From positions 62,001-126,000 of the forward strand of contig NIVC01000886.1 in the NCBI GenBank assembly GCA_002269645.1: a stretch of 64,000 nt of DNA. The letters run 5' to 3'. The notes beneath the pieces are model-generated. The model worked only from the letters and a program-made list of their open reading frames with translations. It searched no databases and was not told the origin of the DNA. Both the position numbers and the translations under genes were made by a program. This document shows, one piece after another, positions 12,706-25,443 of this stretch; position 1 is the stretch's first letter; the number at the start of each line of letters is the position of its first letter. The stretch comes from Macrostomum lignano (Eukaryota).

Positions 12706-15137
12706 CCTTTTGAAATTGTTAAAAAAGACTCAAGAAAAGAAGATAGGAGACTAAAAAAGAACATTCGCACAGGGACTAATTACAGCAGCCAATTTTGCAT
12801 TTGATAGCTATGTTTGTAATGAAGCTACACTGTAATGCGTGGGCGATCTGGCTCAAAGCGAAAGTGCGACAAGAGATCGAACTAAGGGAAAGGGGGGGGA
12901 AGATATAGCGATATCAAGATCAGGAATGATCAGAAGGGGAGGAGCAGAGGAGGAGTCCAGAATCCCGTTGCTAATTCAATGCCGCGAGAGAGCGCTGTTG
13001 GCCCAAATAGTCTATATGCCCATGGCCAGCCTCTCCCGGCGAGGAATTGTGTACTTTTCCAATTGTATGCATATATATATGCCTTCTATATGCATACATA
13101 CATGAGCCTTGCAGACTGTTCAATCTCGCCCAAAACCTGCCCTGCTCTGCTGCATCTTTCTCGCCTTTGCCCAATGGGATTCGGGGGGGGGGGCTTATAG
13201 GAGGTGCACGGCTAAGAGTGGGGGAGTGAGGAATCTGCCATATAGTCCAAATTTGGCTAGAGATGGGAGTTGGTCTCTATCGCAGTGGATTTCTATTCTC
13301 GGCTTCTAATTCCTACCCTTCCCCAGCCGCTCAGTGTTCAAAAACTGCTATAAGTCCCCTTGTTTTTCATCCCAAATCTGTTTGCCTCCTGTACACGCTG
13401 CCCCAAATTTTCTTCCCCAAGGCCTGTGCAGTGGGGGGGGAAGAGTTGGAGAGAGTTGACGAGGGGAAGAGAGCAAGATCGACAACCGAACTTTTGAGCT
13501 CGTACAAAATGAGCTCGCAGTGCGGGGAGCGCACGGACGGTGTCTGAGGGGTTTGGGGAGCAAAATGCTTCAACACTGGAGGGTGGGTGGGTCGGTGAGT
13601 ATCAGGCCAAGAGCAGAAATGGGAGCAGGAGAGAGGAACGAGGTTGAGTTGAGCTCGCGGTAGTCGCGGATTTGTTGGCCAAGGCTGATCAGAGGCCTAT
13701 ATGCACTGACGGTTGATCGAGCAAGGCGAGAGAGTGAGTGAGGGCAGCTCTCCCTCTGTGTGCGCCTTCCCCCCGCTCCCAGAGTGTGTGTCTGTGTGTC
13801 AGCGCAAAGGGGAGAGAGAGAGCAAGAGCGGCAGCAGTCAGTACGTTGTGTTTTTCTGAGTCGAAAAAGCAGCAGCAGCAGCAGCAGCAGCAGCCGTCCA
13901 TTCAGTGTCTGTCGAAGGCATTCTCTGACACGGAGAGGAAGAGCGTTGGATACGGGCCAGTTGCAGTGTTTTTAGCTGATAAATTTTGATAACCAAAGTG
14001 TAGCTGCAGTTTGGGGTGAAAGGGGATCGAGAGCAGAGACAAGGTTTTTGAGAGAGAGAGAGAGAGAGAGGATATCTTCTTGTCGAGATTCTTGCCGAGC
14101 GATTGTGCTGACATTCAAATCTTCTGAGGCTTTCACAAGGTGAGTCAATTTTTGATTCGGTTCGTATTTGGGGCGGATTTGAAATCCTGGGGGCGGATTT
14201 GAGATGCAGGTATAGTTTTAGATTTGGGAGGGGGTTTGGGATGCAGGTACAGTTTTAGATTTGGGATGCAGGTATAGTTTTAGATTTGGGAGGGGGGTTT
14301 GGGATGCAGTTGGTTGCAGATTTGGGGGGGGGGCGGATTTCAGATGCAGTTGGTTTAGATTTGGGGGGGGGGCGGATTTCAGATGCAGTTGGTTTAGATA
14401 TGGACAGATTTTGGATTTTAAACTTGATCTCAGATTGAACTTCAGAATAAAGTAAAAAATATTGACATGGTGTGAATATATAATCTAATTAAATTGTACT
14501 TTTTCCTTAGTTTTTTCAGTTATTGTAATTGCAGTGCAGTGCAGTTCCCAGTCAGTCAGTCCACTTTAGTGATAAGCTATATTTTCTACCAATTTAAGCT
14601 GCAAGGGCAGGTATGTACATTGGGTCAAGCTAGATGTACATAGACCGGGGATTTCAGCAATGCACGTTGGGCGCGATCGGCGTGCGAGGTAAGAAAGGGA
14701 GAGAGAGTGTTCAGAAAGGCACAGAGCCGATAAAACGAGGAGGGAAGGGGCCGCAGAGGCCAGACAATTAAAACAGTTAGATAGCGAGCTGGGTAAAACA
14801 CACACTAGCCATAGTTTATTAATAGTTACCCCTAGTATATATACAATAGCTCGAACCAGGAGTATTAGTAGAATCATACTAACCATAATAATATAAACAG
14901 TAATATTTTAAAGCGTTAGCAAGGCTTCTAATGGCTTAGTAGCTAGAGATATAAAATTTCCCAAACCGGAAGTGAAAACAACTCCACCCTACTCATCTCA
15001 GAGAGAAATATTAGAGCAGCATAACAAAAATAATTTGCTTTTCACTTGCAAACTGTTCAACACTCAACAGTTTTGTTGGCCTAACCGCCCGGGCAGAATC
15101 AGACGGTCTTGTCGAACGCGACGGCGCCTCGGAAGTT

Positions 15138-18100
15138 ATGCTGGCCGCAGTTGCAACCGCTTGCAACGTGGCCGCCTTGGAGGTGGCGTCTCAGCCGCAG
15201 CCGCAGGCGCAGCTGCAGTCCCGCCTGTCCATTCTGGCCAAAGCGTCCGAGCTGCTGATTCTCTCGGCCAAGCGGGTGCTGACTAGGCAGCACGGCGACA
15301 CGCCCGGAGGCGGCGGTGCCACCACGCCTAGCGGCGCCTCAGCCAACTGCAACTTGGGACTTCCGGCGGCGTCTGCAACGGCGGAAGCTCCGGCAGCGGC
15401 TGGAGACGGGGTCAGCGGCGATGGTAGGAGCGCCAACGAGGAGGATGTCGGCGGCGACGACAGCGGAGGCGACGGCGGAGGCGGAGGCGGCGGTGGAGGC
15501 GGCGATGGAGACGAAGCCGCGGCAGCGACCGTCCGCCGGCATCACGCCATCTACGAGATTGTGGACTCTGAGGAGAGCTACGTGAACAAGCTCCGGTTCA
15601 TAGCGGAGAAGTACATCCCGCTGAAGGACGATCCAGACGCGGCACTGCCGCCCGACCTCGCCGAGAAGTGGAGCATCATCTGGGGCAACTGGCGCCGTCT
15701 GCTTGAAGGCCATGAAGAAATTCTAACCAAACTAAAGCAGGCCTTCCAGACAGACATCGACAGTGTAGCCGGCGTGTTCATCGCCAAGGAGCGCCACATG
15801 ACCAGCTGGTACTCGAAGTACTGCGAGAACCATCGCAAGGCCCAGCACATCGCCTGCGAGCAGCATCGCGAGTTCTTTGAGCAGGTGCGCCAGACTCTGC
15901 GCGACAAGGAGGACATGAATTCTCACCTGATGAGCCCGGTGCAGCGCTGCATGCGCTACAGCCTGCTGGTTGGCACCGTGATTGACAAGGCGCGCAAAGA
16001 CGGCCTTGAAGGTCGCGCACTCTCCGACTGGGAACGAATGCGCGACATCATGCGCGAGCTGCCGCTCAAGACAGAGAGCATCATGGAGGCGTCACGCATC
16101 GACAATCTGGAGCCGGGCATCCGGATCACCGCTCTCGGCCAGATGCGGACAAAAGGCGTCGTGAGACTCGGCGTCCTGCCCGGTCCGTACAACCCGAGCT
16201 CGAATCCGCCACCGTCCCAGTTGAAATTTGAGCAACGGAAGATCTTCCTGTTCGACCAGATGATGCTGGTTACCGAGGCGAAGAAGTCCGGCAAAGCCAA
16301 GACAGCCTCCGACCAGTTCAGCGGCCTGCAGACAATCTACATCTACCGCAGCAAGGTGAAAATGAACAACATGCGCCACTTCTCGGCCTACAAGTTTCCC
16401 GAAGCCAGCGGCGAGAGCAGCGGTCAGCTGTTCTGCGTGGCGGACACCACACCGGGAGCCAATGTTGTCTACGTCTTCGACCCCGTGGACGCGGACACTC
16501 GAGCCCAATGGGTTGCCGAGCTGCGTCAGATGGAGCAGCAGCAGCAGGACTTTCTCAAGGTGCTGCAGAATCCCGTGATGGCGAGCGGTGGAGCCGGCGA
16601 CCAGGCCAGCGGTGGCGGCGGCGCAGCTGGCGGCGGACCCGGCGGCAGCGGTGGGGTCGACTCGGGCCGGAAAAGCGTCAAGGACAAAACCAAGACGGAG
16701 GGCAAAAGGTGAGCAGATTTGCAACTGAACTTTTTTTCAAACTTATGACTATGCTATACATTGTCCGTTTGCACGTCAGACTGTCAGAATCTGTCCGTAA
16801 AGGTTCAGTGATGCGAAAATTAATGCCAGGCTGGGTTAAAAAAACGCCATATTTACGAGCGTAATGTCTGGATGAGTGTCAAGAACATAATCATAGGTTG
16901 AGACTCAGGAATATCAGAATAAGTGTCACAAACACCAGAGTGCGTGTGTCAGGATGTGTCAGAACACCAGCGTGGGGTTGTGTCAGAGTGAGTGTCAGGA
17001 ACACCCGAGTTGGTGTGTCAGGATGAGTGTCAGGACAATCAGAATCGGTGTCAGGATGAGTGTCAGGAAAATCAGAATTGGTGTGTCAGAGTGAGTGTCA
17101 GGAAAATCAGAATTGTGTGTCAGGATGAGTGTCAGGAAAATCAGAATTGTGTGGCAGGATGAGTGTCAGCAATACCAGAGGTTGAGAGTCAGGGTAAATG
17201 TCATGAAAATCAAAGTTGTGTCAGAATGAGTTTCAGGAAATCAGAATTGGTGTCAGGATGAGTGTCAAGAAAATCAGAATCGGGTGTCAGGATGAGTGTC
17301 AGGAAATTCATCATTGGTGTGTCAGGATGAGTGTCAGCAAAATCAGAATCGGGTGTCAAGATGAGTTTCAAGACAATCGGAATTTGTGTCAGGATGGATG
17401 TCAGGAAAATCAGAATTGTGTCAGGATGAGTGTCAGGAAAATCAGAATTGTGTCAGGATGAGTTTCAAGACAATCGGAATTTCTGTCAGGATGAGTGTCA
17501 GAAAAATCAGAATTAGTGTCAGAATGAGTGTCAGGATAATCATAATCGGGTGTCAGAATGAGTGTCAGGTAAATCAGAATTGGTGTCAGGAAGAGTGTCA
17601 GGAAAATCAGAATTGGTGTCAGAATGAGTGTCAGGTAAATCAGAATTGGTGTCAGGATGAGTGTCAGGAAAATCAGAATTGGTGTCAGAATGAGTGTCAG
17701 GTAAATCAGAATTGGTGTCAGAATGAGTGTCAGCAAAATCAGAATTGGTGTCAGGATGAGTGTCAGAAAAAATCAGAAATGGTGTCAGGATGAGTGTCAG
17801 CAAAATCAGAATTGGTGTCAGGATGAGTGTCAGCAAAATCAGAATTGGTGTCAGGATGAGTGTCAGCAAAATCAGAATTGTGTCAGGATGAGTGTCAGGA
17901 TGAGTGTCAGGAGCACTCAGATGTTTGTCTTTTTTGTCTTTGATTGCACTTTTAGAGAGTCATTTGATTGGATAAATCTTCATCATCTCCGTTAATATTT
18001 ATGGGGTCTGAGATCTGCAATAATTTATTGAATTTGGCAAATGATAATTTCACATACAGGTATGCTGTTAATCTGTGCTATTTCTAACAACTTCCACCCC

Positions 18101-21100
18101 ACTTTTCAACGTGTGTGCAAAGCGCAATGACTTTGTCAGTTGGCAAAATAACTGTACACTGTAAATAGAACACACGCGATTTTCAGTGAAAATGTGCACT
18201 TTTAACACACCTTAGGAAATGTTTAATATCCACTTTATGACAAGCTGACACGGTGTGTGTGCGTGCGTATATAACAGATCAAAGTGATTAACACAGTTTT
18301 AATAAGATTGTTTACATTATCAACCACCTCCAGGCAAGCGTGACGAGCGCTTCTAAATTGTCTTTCCAAAGTTGCTATTGAAACAGATTGTTTCATGCTG
18401 ATAAGATCTGTGTTTCACTCTATACGTCAAGTAAAAAACTCGTATAGGTGTTCACCTTTTACTACAAACAGCAATAAAAAACCTAATTATAAAAAAGCTT
18501 TTTCGTTCTACTCTACTTACACAGGGTAGAACAAATGAAGCGTAGCACGCGAAATTAATAAAAAAAACATTATATTAACTACTCTACTAATAGTAAAAAT
18601 ATAAGGAAAACACTTGAAATATTAAGAAAAACGGCGCAACTTTATTGCAGACGCTACTTCTATATTCTATTTCAGCTTCAATACCAGCAGCATGAGGCTG
18701 CCCAACAAGTGGGGGTAAGCCCTCCATGCTTAACAATAGCTTAACCTTTCAAAATTGAGAATATGTCAATCAAATCGTGCAAGCAACTTTACCACCTGCT
18801 TCAAAATTTTATATTTGAGCTTCTGGTGCAACTTTCGGATCTATTTTGCACCCTCGCAATCATATTTTTTGTATTTCATAGTTCGGGGACGACAATGTCT
18901 CCAATGGTCCCTTCCCGTGAATTCATTGATTGAATTGCATGCCACACTGTCAACAGGTTGCCTTTCCGCAGTAATATTAGCCTTCATTAGCTACCTGTCG
19001 TTTTATCGAATTTAACCGGACCGGATGTAGAGACCAATACATGCGAATCACAGCTTCTAATTACCGATAATGGGCCTTGAAATACTGATTAATAACTTCG
19101 CTATAAGTGCCAGCTCTGCTGCTGTGTGTTTATATATTACTCGGTAGAATACGTCCCGTTGAAAACGTTACCGCGGTGACAAGATTCGCTAAAGAAGAGT
19201 CATTGAAAAGCAACTCAGTATAGTGACTCTATCAAGAAGTCGTCCAAGACTCGTTGTGTTAGCGCTCAACTTTCTGCTAACTCAAGCAGACTGAATAAAG
19301 TTGTTATAAATGCGAAATGCGCGATTCTAATTTTTATAAACAGACCACTCTACAGCCTCAGAGCCTCTGCAGAGTCGCAGGCAATAAAACATCTCAAACT
19401 GACTCTTTAGGCGACTCTTTGACGACGTTTTGCGACTTGCACCGCGACATCTCGTCGGTTTAGAGTCGTCTTAGAGTCACTTATTTCCTGACTCTGAGAC
19501 GCTAGGATGCACATGACTCTGGGACGCTAGGATGCACATGACTCTGGGACGCTAGGATGCACATGACTCTGGGACGCTAGGATGCACATGACTCTGGGAC
19601 GCTAGGATGCACATGACTCTGGGACGCTAGGATGCACATGACTCTGGGACGCTAGGATGCACATGACTCTGGGACGCTAGGATGCACATGACTCTGGGAC
19701 GCTAGGATGCACATGACTCTGGGACGCTAGGATGCACATGACTCTGGGACGCTAGGATGCACATGACTCTGGGACGCTAGGATGCACATGACTCTGGGAC
19801 GCTAGGATGCACATGACTCTGGGACGCTAGGATGCACATGACTCTGGGACGCTAGGATGCACATGACTCTGGGACGCTAGGATGCACATGACTCTGGGAC
19901 GCTAGGATGCACATGACTCTGGGACGCTAGGATGCACATGACTCTGGGACGCTAGGATGCACATGACTCTGGGACGCTAGGATGCACATGACTCTGGGAC
20001 GCTAGGATGCACATGACTCTGGGACGCTAGGATGCACATGACTCTGGGACGCTAGGATGCACATGACTCTGGGACGCTAGGATGCACATGACTCTGGGAC
20101 GCTAGGATGCACATGACTCTGGGACGCTAGGATGCACATGACTCTGGGACGCTAGGATGCACATGACTCTGGGACGCTAGGATGCACATGACTTTGGGAC
20201 GCTTCTTGGCCTTGGTACCGTTTTCATCGGGATAAAATCCATTCAGAAAGTCTTTCGAGGATTGATTTTTGCAGCGTAACATAAATCAGAGTCTTTATTA
20301 ATCTTTATAATCTTATAATTGACCTTTATTAATCTCTGCAATGATTTTTCCTGAGCACTGGTGCACCCAGGTACTGGGCGATTCCACCTGTAATTGGTGC
20401 GTGGATACCTGCTGAATACATCGCAACTCATCTGATCTCATCCCATCCCATCCCATCCCATCCCATTCCATCCCACCCCATCCCATCCCATCCCATCCCA
20501 TTCCATTCCATCTCATCCCCTATTCCATCCCATCCCATCCCATCCCACCCCATCCCATCCCATCCCATCCCATCCCATCCCATCCCATCCAATCCCATCC
20601 CAATTTATTCCATCTCATCTCATCCTACTCATCCCATCACATATCATCCCATATTAATCAGACGATATACAATAGACAGCCCCTTTTCCTCGCACTCCAG
20701 TCTGTACATCAGCGAATCATCATTCTAGAATTTTCAGTAATCAGTCATTAAAGATAACTAAAAGCAGTCAGCTCAAACTAGGCAATTGGACTCAAAATCT
20801 GCATGTATAACCCACCACCTATGCATCCTCGTCCAGGGGGAGGCTGAGCTTTATCACCCGATCGCGCAAGAGCCACCGCTCCGAGACGGCGGGTGCCGGT
20901 TCGGGCACCTCAGCGGCCGCCACCGCCGCGGCTTCTTCGGCATCATCAAGTCGTCCTCAGTCATCAAGGGAGCGCAAGAACTCCTGTCCAGATGTTCAGG
21001 ATGCCATGGGTCCCGAAGGCGCCGCTTCGTGCTCATCCGGGCATCACCTCCGCAGCTCGGCGGGAAAGGTGAGTCTTTGTACCATATATGGCTTCAATCT

Positions 21101-21784
21101 TTGTGAGTCTTTGTACCAACTGTGGCTTTTATGTCTCTGTGAGTCTTTGTACCATATGTGGTTTGAGTCTTTGTGAGGGTTTGTACTAAGTGTGGCTTTG
21201 AGTCTTTGTGAGTCTGTACCAGCTGTGGCTTGAGTCTTTGTACCATATGTGGCTTGAGTCTTTGTGAGTCTGTATCAAGTGTGGCTTGAGTCTTTGTGAG
21301 TCTTTGTACCAACTGTGGCTTTTATGTCTCTGTGAGTCTTTGTATCATATGTGGTTTGAGTCTTTGTGAGTCTTTGTACTAACTGTGATTTGAGTCTTTG
21401 TACCAACTGCGATTTGAGTCTTTGTACCATATGTGGCTTGAGTCTTTGTGAGTCTTTGTACCACCTGTGGCTTTATGTCTTTGTGAGTCTTGGTACCAAG
21501 TGTGGCTTGAGTCTTTGTGAGTCTGTACCAGCTGTGGCTTGAGTCTTTGTACCATATGTGGCTTGAGTCTTTGTGAGTCTGTACCAAGTGTGGCTTGAGT
21601 CTTTGTGAGTCTTTGTATCAACTTTAGCTTAAGTCTTTATCCAGCCCCTGAAACATCAACCCTAGCGCCTGTTCATCTCCAATAATGTCATTAATTATTT
21701 CCTCTCGCGCGTCAGGAGCTGCGCAAAATCCCATCAGAGCTGGGCTCCAGCGGCAGTTACGGCACCGACCCAGACAGCAGCCAT

Positions 21785-21815
<31 letters not shown>

Positions 21816-21919
21816 GCATCGGCAAGAAGAAGTCCGGGATCAGCTTCAACAGTTTGCAGAGTTTTTTCAGCACTCGAAAAAGCAAAAGTCGCTCCGAGTC
21901 CAAGTTGAACCCCGCTTGA
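15138..21919 (+). CDS. Dbl-family RhoGEF (DH-PH, Trio/Kalirin/PLEKHG4-like) with a spliced low-complexity C-tail
   Basis: DH: HAIYEIVDSEESYVNKL, IIWGNW, YSKYCENHRKA, HLMSPVQRCMRYSLL. PH: EQRKIFLFDQMMLVTE..WVAELRQ. Exons 15138-16708 (AG|gtgagc), 20837-21068 and 21716-21919 join in frame. A donor at 14140 suggests an upstream exon. Confidence 0.85.
16870..17910. repeat. Intronic minisatellite, ~33-36-nt unit (TGTCAGGATGAGTGTCAGGAAAATCAGAATTGG)
   Basis: Tandem copies read directly. Confidence 0.9.
19490..20202. repeat. Near-perfect 25-nt tandem array (GACTCTGGGACGCTAGGATGCACAT), ~28 copies
   Basis: Read directly; no spacers between units. Confidence 0.97.
20455..20600. repeat. (CCATC)n microsatellite
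   Basis: Read directly. Confidence 0.9.
21075..21620. repeat. Intronic minisatellite built on GAGTCTTTGT / TGTGGCTT units
   Basis: Read directly; RhoGEF intron 21069-21715. Confidence 0.85.
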
Positions 21920-22678
21920 GCTGCATAAGCTTAACAATATTATTATTAATTAATTCGAAATTTAGTCCCTCACGTTTGGTCCGTGATGTTCTTGTGTTAT
22001 ATTTCTCCCTGTTCAAGCAACAATTAAAAAACTGTTGCTGGAATTAGGCAATATAAAAAGTGATTTTGTAATTGTGAAGTGAATTTTGTGTCAACTGTTG
22101 GCGCACAGTAGTAGGATATGCTTCATTTTTCTTTATAGGAATTTTCAAGAGCTACATTCAATACGTTTTGCTTCAAATTGACCTCTAATTGTCCTAGTGG
22201 TTTTGTTTTAATTATCGTGTTTTTAAAATTCCTTTTATGTGGCACAAAATCAAGCGCATGTCCCCGCCATTCTACTCTTGTTACGAACATTAGTAGCCAA
22301 TATTGATTTTTTCGTAGTAAAAATTGTTGATAAATGTTTGGTACCGATTTTGTAGCCATCTTGCGATTCCCTCGAACTCTTTCTGTTATAATTGACTGTT
22401 CAGACTTTATGTTAGAAAGTTTCTTTTTACTATTCCCCGAGAAATTCTTCGAGTATTTGTCTGTCCGCTCTAGATATTAATATTTTTAATGTTGCGATTT
22501 GTTTTTTAATACCTCATGTTGCATAATCAGTGTGCTTATAGGGTGTGTTGCTTCTTGTTTGATGTGCTGCAGCAAATTTAGATGTCATATTATTTGTTCC
22601 CTGTTAGAGTATTTACTTTGATACTTTAATTGTAGAACATAATTTAAATTAGTGTATACTCCGTGGGTTAACAGGAGG

Positions 22679-23170
22679 GGTTGAAGCGCGGTCAATGTAC
22701 ACTGGGGTTGGGTAAGAGAGGTTGAAGCGCGGTCAATGTACACTGGGGTTGGGTAAGAGAGGTTGAAGCGCGGTCAATGTACACTGGGGTTGGGTAAGAG
22801 AGGTTGAAGCGCGGTCAATGTACACTGGGGTTGGGTAAGAGAGGTTGAAGCGCGGTCAATGTACACTGGGGTTGGGTAAGAGAGGTTGAAGCGCGGTCAA
22901 TGTACACTGGGGTTGGGTAAGAGAGGTTGAAGCGCGGTCAATGTACACTGGGGTTGGGTAAGAGAGGTTGAAGCGCGGTCAATGTACACTGGGGTTGGGT
23001 AAGAGAGGTTGAAGCGCGGTCAATGTACACTGGGGTTGGGTAAGAGAGGTTGAAGCGCGGTCAATGTACACTGGGGTTGGGTAAGAGAGGTTGAAGCGCG
23101 GTCAATGTACACTGGGGTTGGGTAAGAGAGGTTGAAGCGCGGTCAATGTACACTGGGGCTTGGATAAGGG
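22679..23170. repeat. Near-perfect 41-nt tandem array (GGTTGAAGCGCGGTCAATGTACACTGGGGTTGGGTAAGAGA), ~12 copies
   Basis: Read directly. Confidence 0.97.
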
Positions 23171-23756
23171 AGGCTTTGTATCGGGCCTCTATACAATCTG
23201 AAGCACTGGGACGCATGTGAAGAATGATGTGGGGCATTCAGCGCATATGTACTCTTAATCGATTTTTCCAACGTGTATTGAAGTTTATAACTGAATTCAG
23301 CATCAACCCTTCTGTTGCTGTGTGATATTTGTCACACTATGGAAATTTTCACCATATAGCTACTGTATGCCATATTATTAAGGTATTAATGTTTATTGTT
23401 AAAATTCTTTTTGGTCGCTTTAATTGTAGCAACTAATTTATATAATTGTCTTCTGTTTCTCTTCTGTGTCTCTTGGGCGGTCCCTTGTGCAATAAGTGTA
23501 TTTAAGGAGTTGTTGCAGTACAATGTACTAAAGTTCCACTACATGTACAACTGATAGTTAGATGCCATTTCATCTGGAAAAATCAAATACAATAAGCAGT
23601 TGGAAAATTATTTCAATTTATATATAGGTACACAAAATATTAATGTGCGAATATAGGTGGATTATAAACGGTACAGACAACTTAAAACTGTTGTCTTACT
23701 GTAGTTTTTTTACTTTATTCCTAATCAAATGTACATGTACTTTTAAATCCTGGACT

Positions 23757-24345
23757 TGCACCCTCCCTGCACTGCACCCTCCCTGCACTGCACCCTCCCT
23801 GCACTGCACCCTCCCTGCACTGCACCTGCACCCTCCCTGCACTGCACCCTCCCTGCACTGCACCCTCCCTGCACTGCACCCTCCCTGCACTGTACCCTCC
23901 CTGCACTGCACCCTCCCTGCACTGCACCCTCCCTGCACTGCACCCTCCCTGCACTGCACCCTCCCTGCACTGCACCCTCCCTGCACTGCACAAGTCCCTG
24001 CACTTTACCTGCACAAGTCCCTGCACTTTACCTGCACAAGTCCCTGCACTTTACCTGCACAAGTCCCTGCACTTTACCTGCACAAGTCCCTGCACTTTAC
24101 CTGCACAAGTCCCTGCACTTTACCTGCACAAGTCCCTGCACTTTACCTGCACAAGTCCCTGCACTTTACCTGCACAAGTCCCTGCACTTTACCTGCACAA
24201 GTCCCTGCACTTTACCTGCACAAGTCCCTGCACTTTACCTGCACAAGTCCCTGCACTTTACCTGCACAAGTCCCTGCAATTTACGTGCACCCTCCCTGCA
24301 CTTTACCTGCACAAGTCCCTGCACTGTACCCTCCCTGCACTGCAG
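23757..24345. repeat. Compound minisatellite: 16-nt (CCCTGCACTGCACCCT) switching to 23-nt (CAAGTCCCTGCACTTTACCTGCA)
   Basis: Read directly; the two units share CCCTGCACT. Confidence 0.95.
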
Positions 24346-24965
24346 AAAGATACAAAACCAATCATGTAAAGTTCATATCTTTATGAAAGCACAAAGACTG
24401 CAACAAGATCAGATGCAAAATTGACAGCAATATTTATTACAATGCTGCAATAGTATAGCTCCTGTACCAAAATAAATAAGAAGACTCTGTGAAAAAGCAT
24501 ACATCAGACAGTGAAAATAATTACTGAGAAAAAATCAGCTATAAAAAGACTTAAACAGAAAAAACGACAATTATATCACGAGATAGACACTATATAGCTG
24601 ATAAATAAAAAGCGAAAGGTAGGTATAAAACTGCACTGCGTTTGCACAGCAAAAAAATCTCTTCGTCGTTCAAAGCGAAATCCGTTCCATGGAACCGAAA
24701 AGGCACACATGAGATCTTAGAATTTACAATTCGAGTTTACAACCTGCGGCACAGTAGGTGCATCGCTTTTGTCTGTCAATAAAGCAGCAGAATACTTTGC
24801 TAATCCATTGTTTAAGCGTTCAACCTGCAGATATACGAGGGTAGACTGTAGGGGCCAAAAGCTAAGAAGCAAGGCAGGACCTCAATTTGGGAGTCCAAAG
24901 TAAATAACAGAAGAAACGGGAAGAGTCAACACGGTGCAACTTCTGAACGGCTGCATTCAGTCGCC

Positions 24966-25149
24966 TTAGAGTGAGGGCAGCTGCTTCACTGCCGCAGTCT
25001 TCTTGATTGGCCCTTTGCGGGGGTCAATGACCCGCTGGTCCGGGGGGATGTTTCTGAGGGTGTTTGTGTACTTTGTTTGCTTTTCTAACTATCTGTCTAT
25101 CTGTCTATCTATCTGTCTATCTATCTATCTGTCTATCTATCTATCTATC

Positions 25150-25189
<40 letters not shown>

Positions 25190-25310
25190 GTCTATCTATC
25201 TATCTGTCTATCTGTCTATCTATCTATCTATCTATCTATCTGTCTATCTGTCTATCTGTCTATCTGTCTATCTGTCTATCTATCTATCTATCTATCTGTC
25301 TATCTTTCTG

Positions 25311-25345
<35 letters not shown>

Positions 25346-25391
25346 GTCTATCTTATCTATCTATCTATCTATCTGTCTATCTGTCTATCTG

Positions 25392-25443
<52 letters not shown>

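Noticed and set aside
12820-13700. Purine/G-run-rich region with many short ORFs
   Set aside because: No motif, terminal repeats or TSD found; left unassigned.
19490-20202. Perfect 25-nt repeats as a CRISPR array
   Set aside because: No spacers, no cas genes, and a eukaryotic intronic context.
22679-23170. 41-nt repeats as a CRISPR array or telomeric array
   Set aside because: Head-to-tail identical units without spacers; the G-tracts do not form a telomere repeat.
23643-24424. Cys/Pro-rich ORFs resembling metallothionein or keratin-associated proteins
   Set aside because: Derived from the 16/23-nt tandem repeats.
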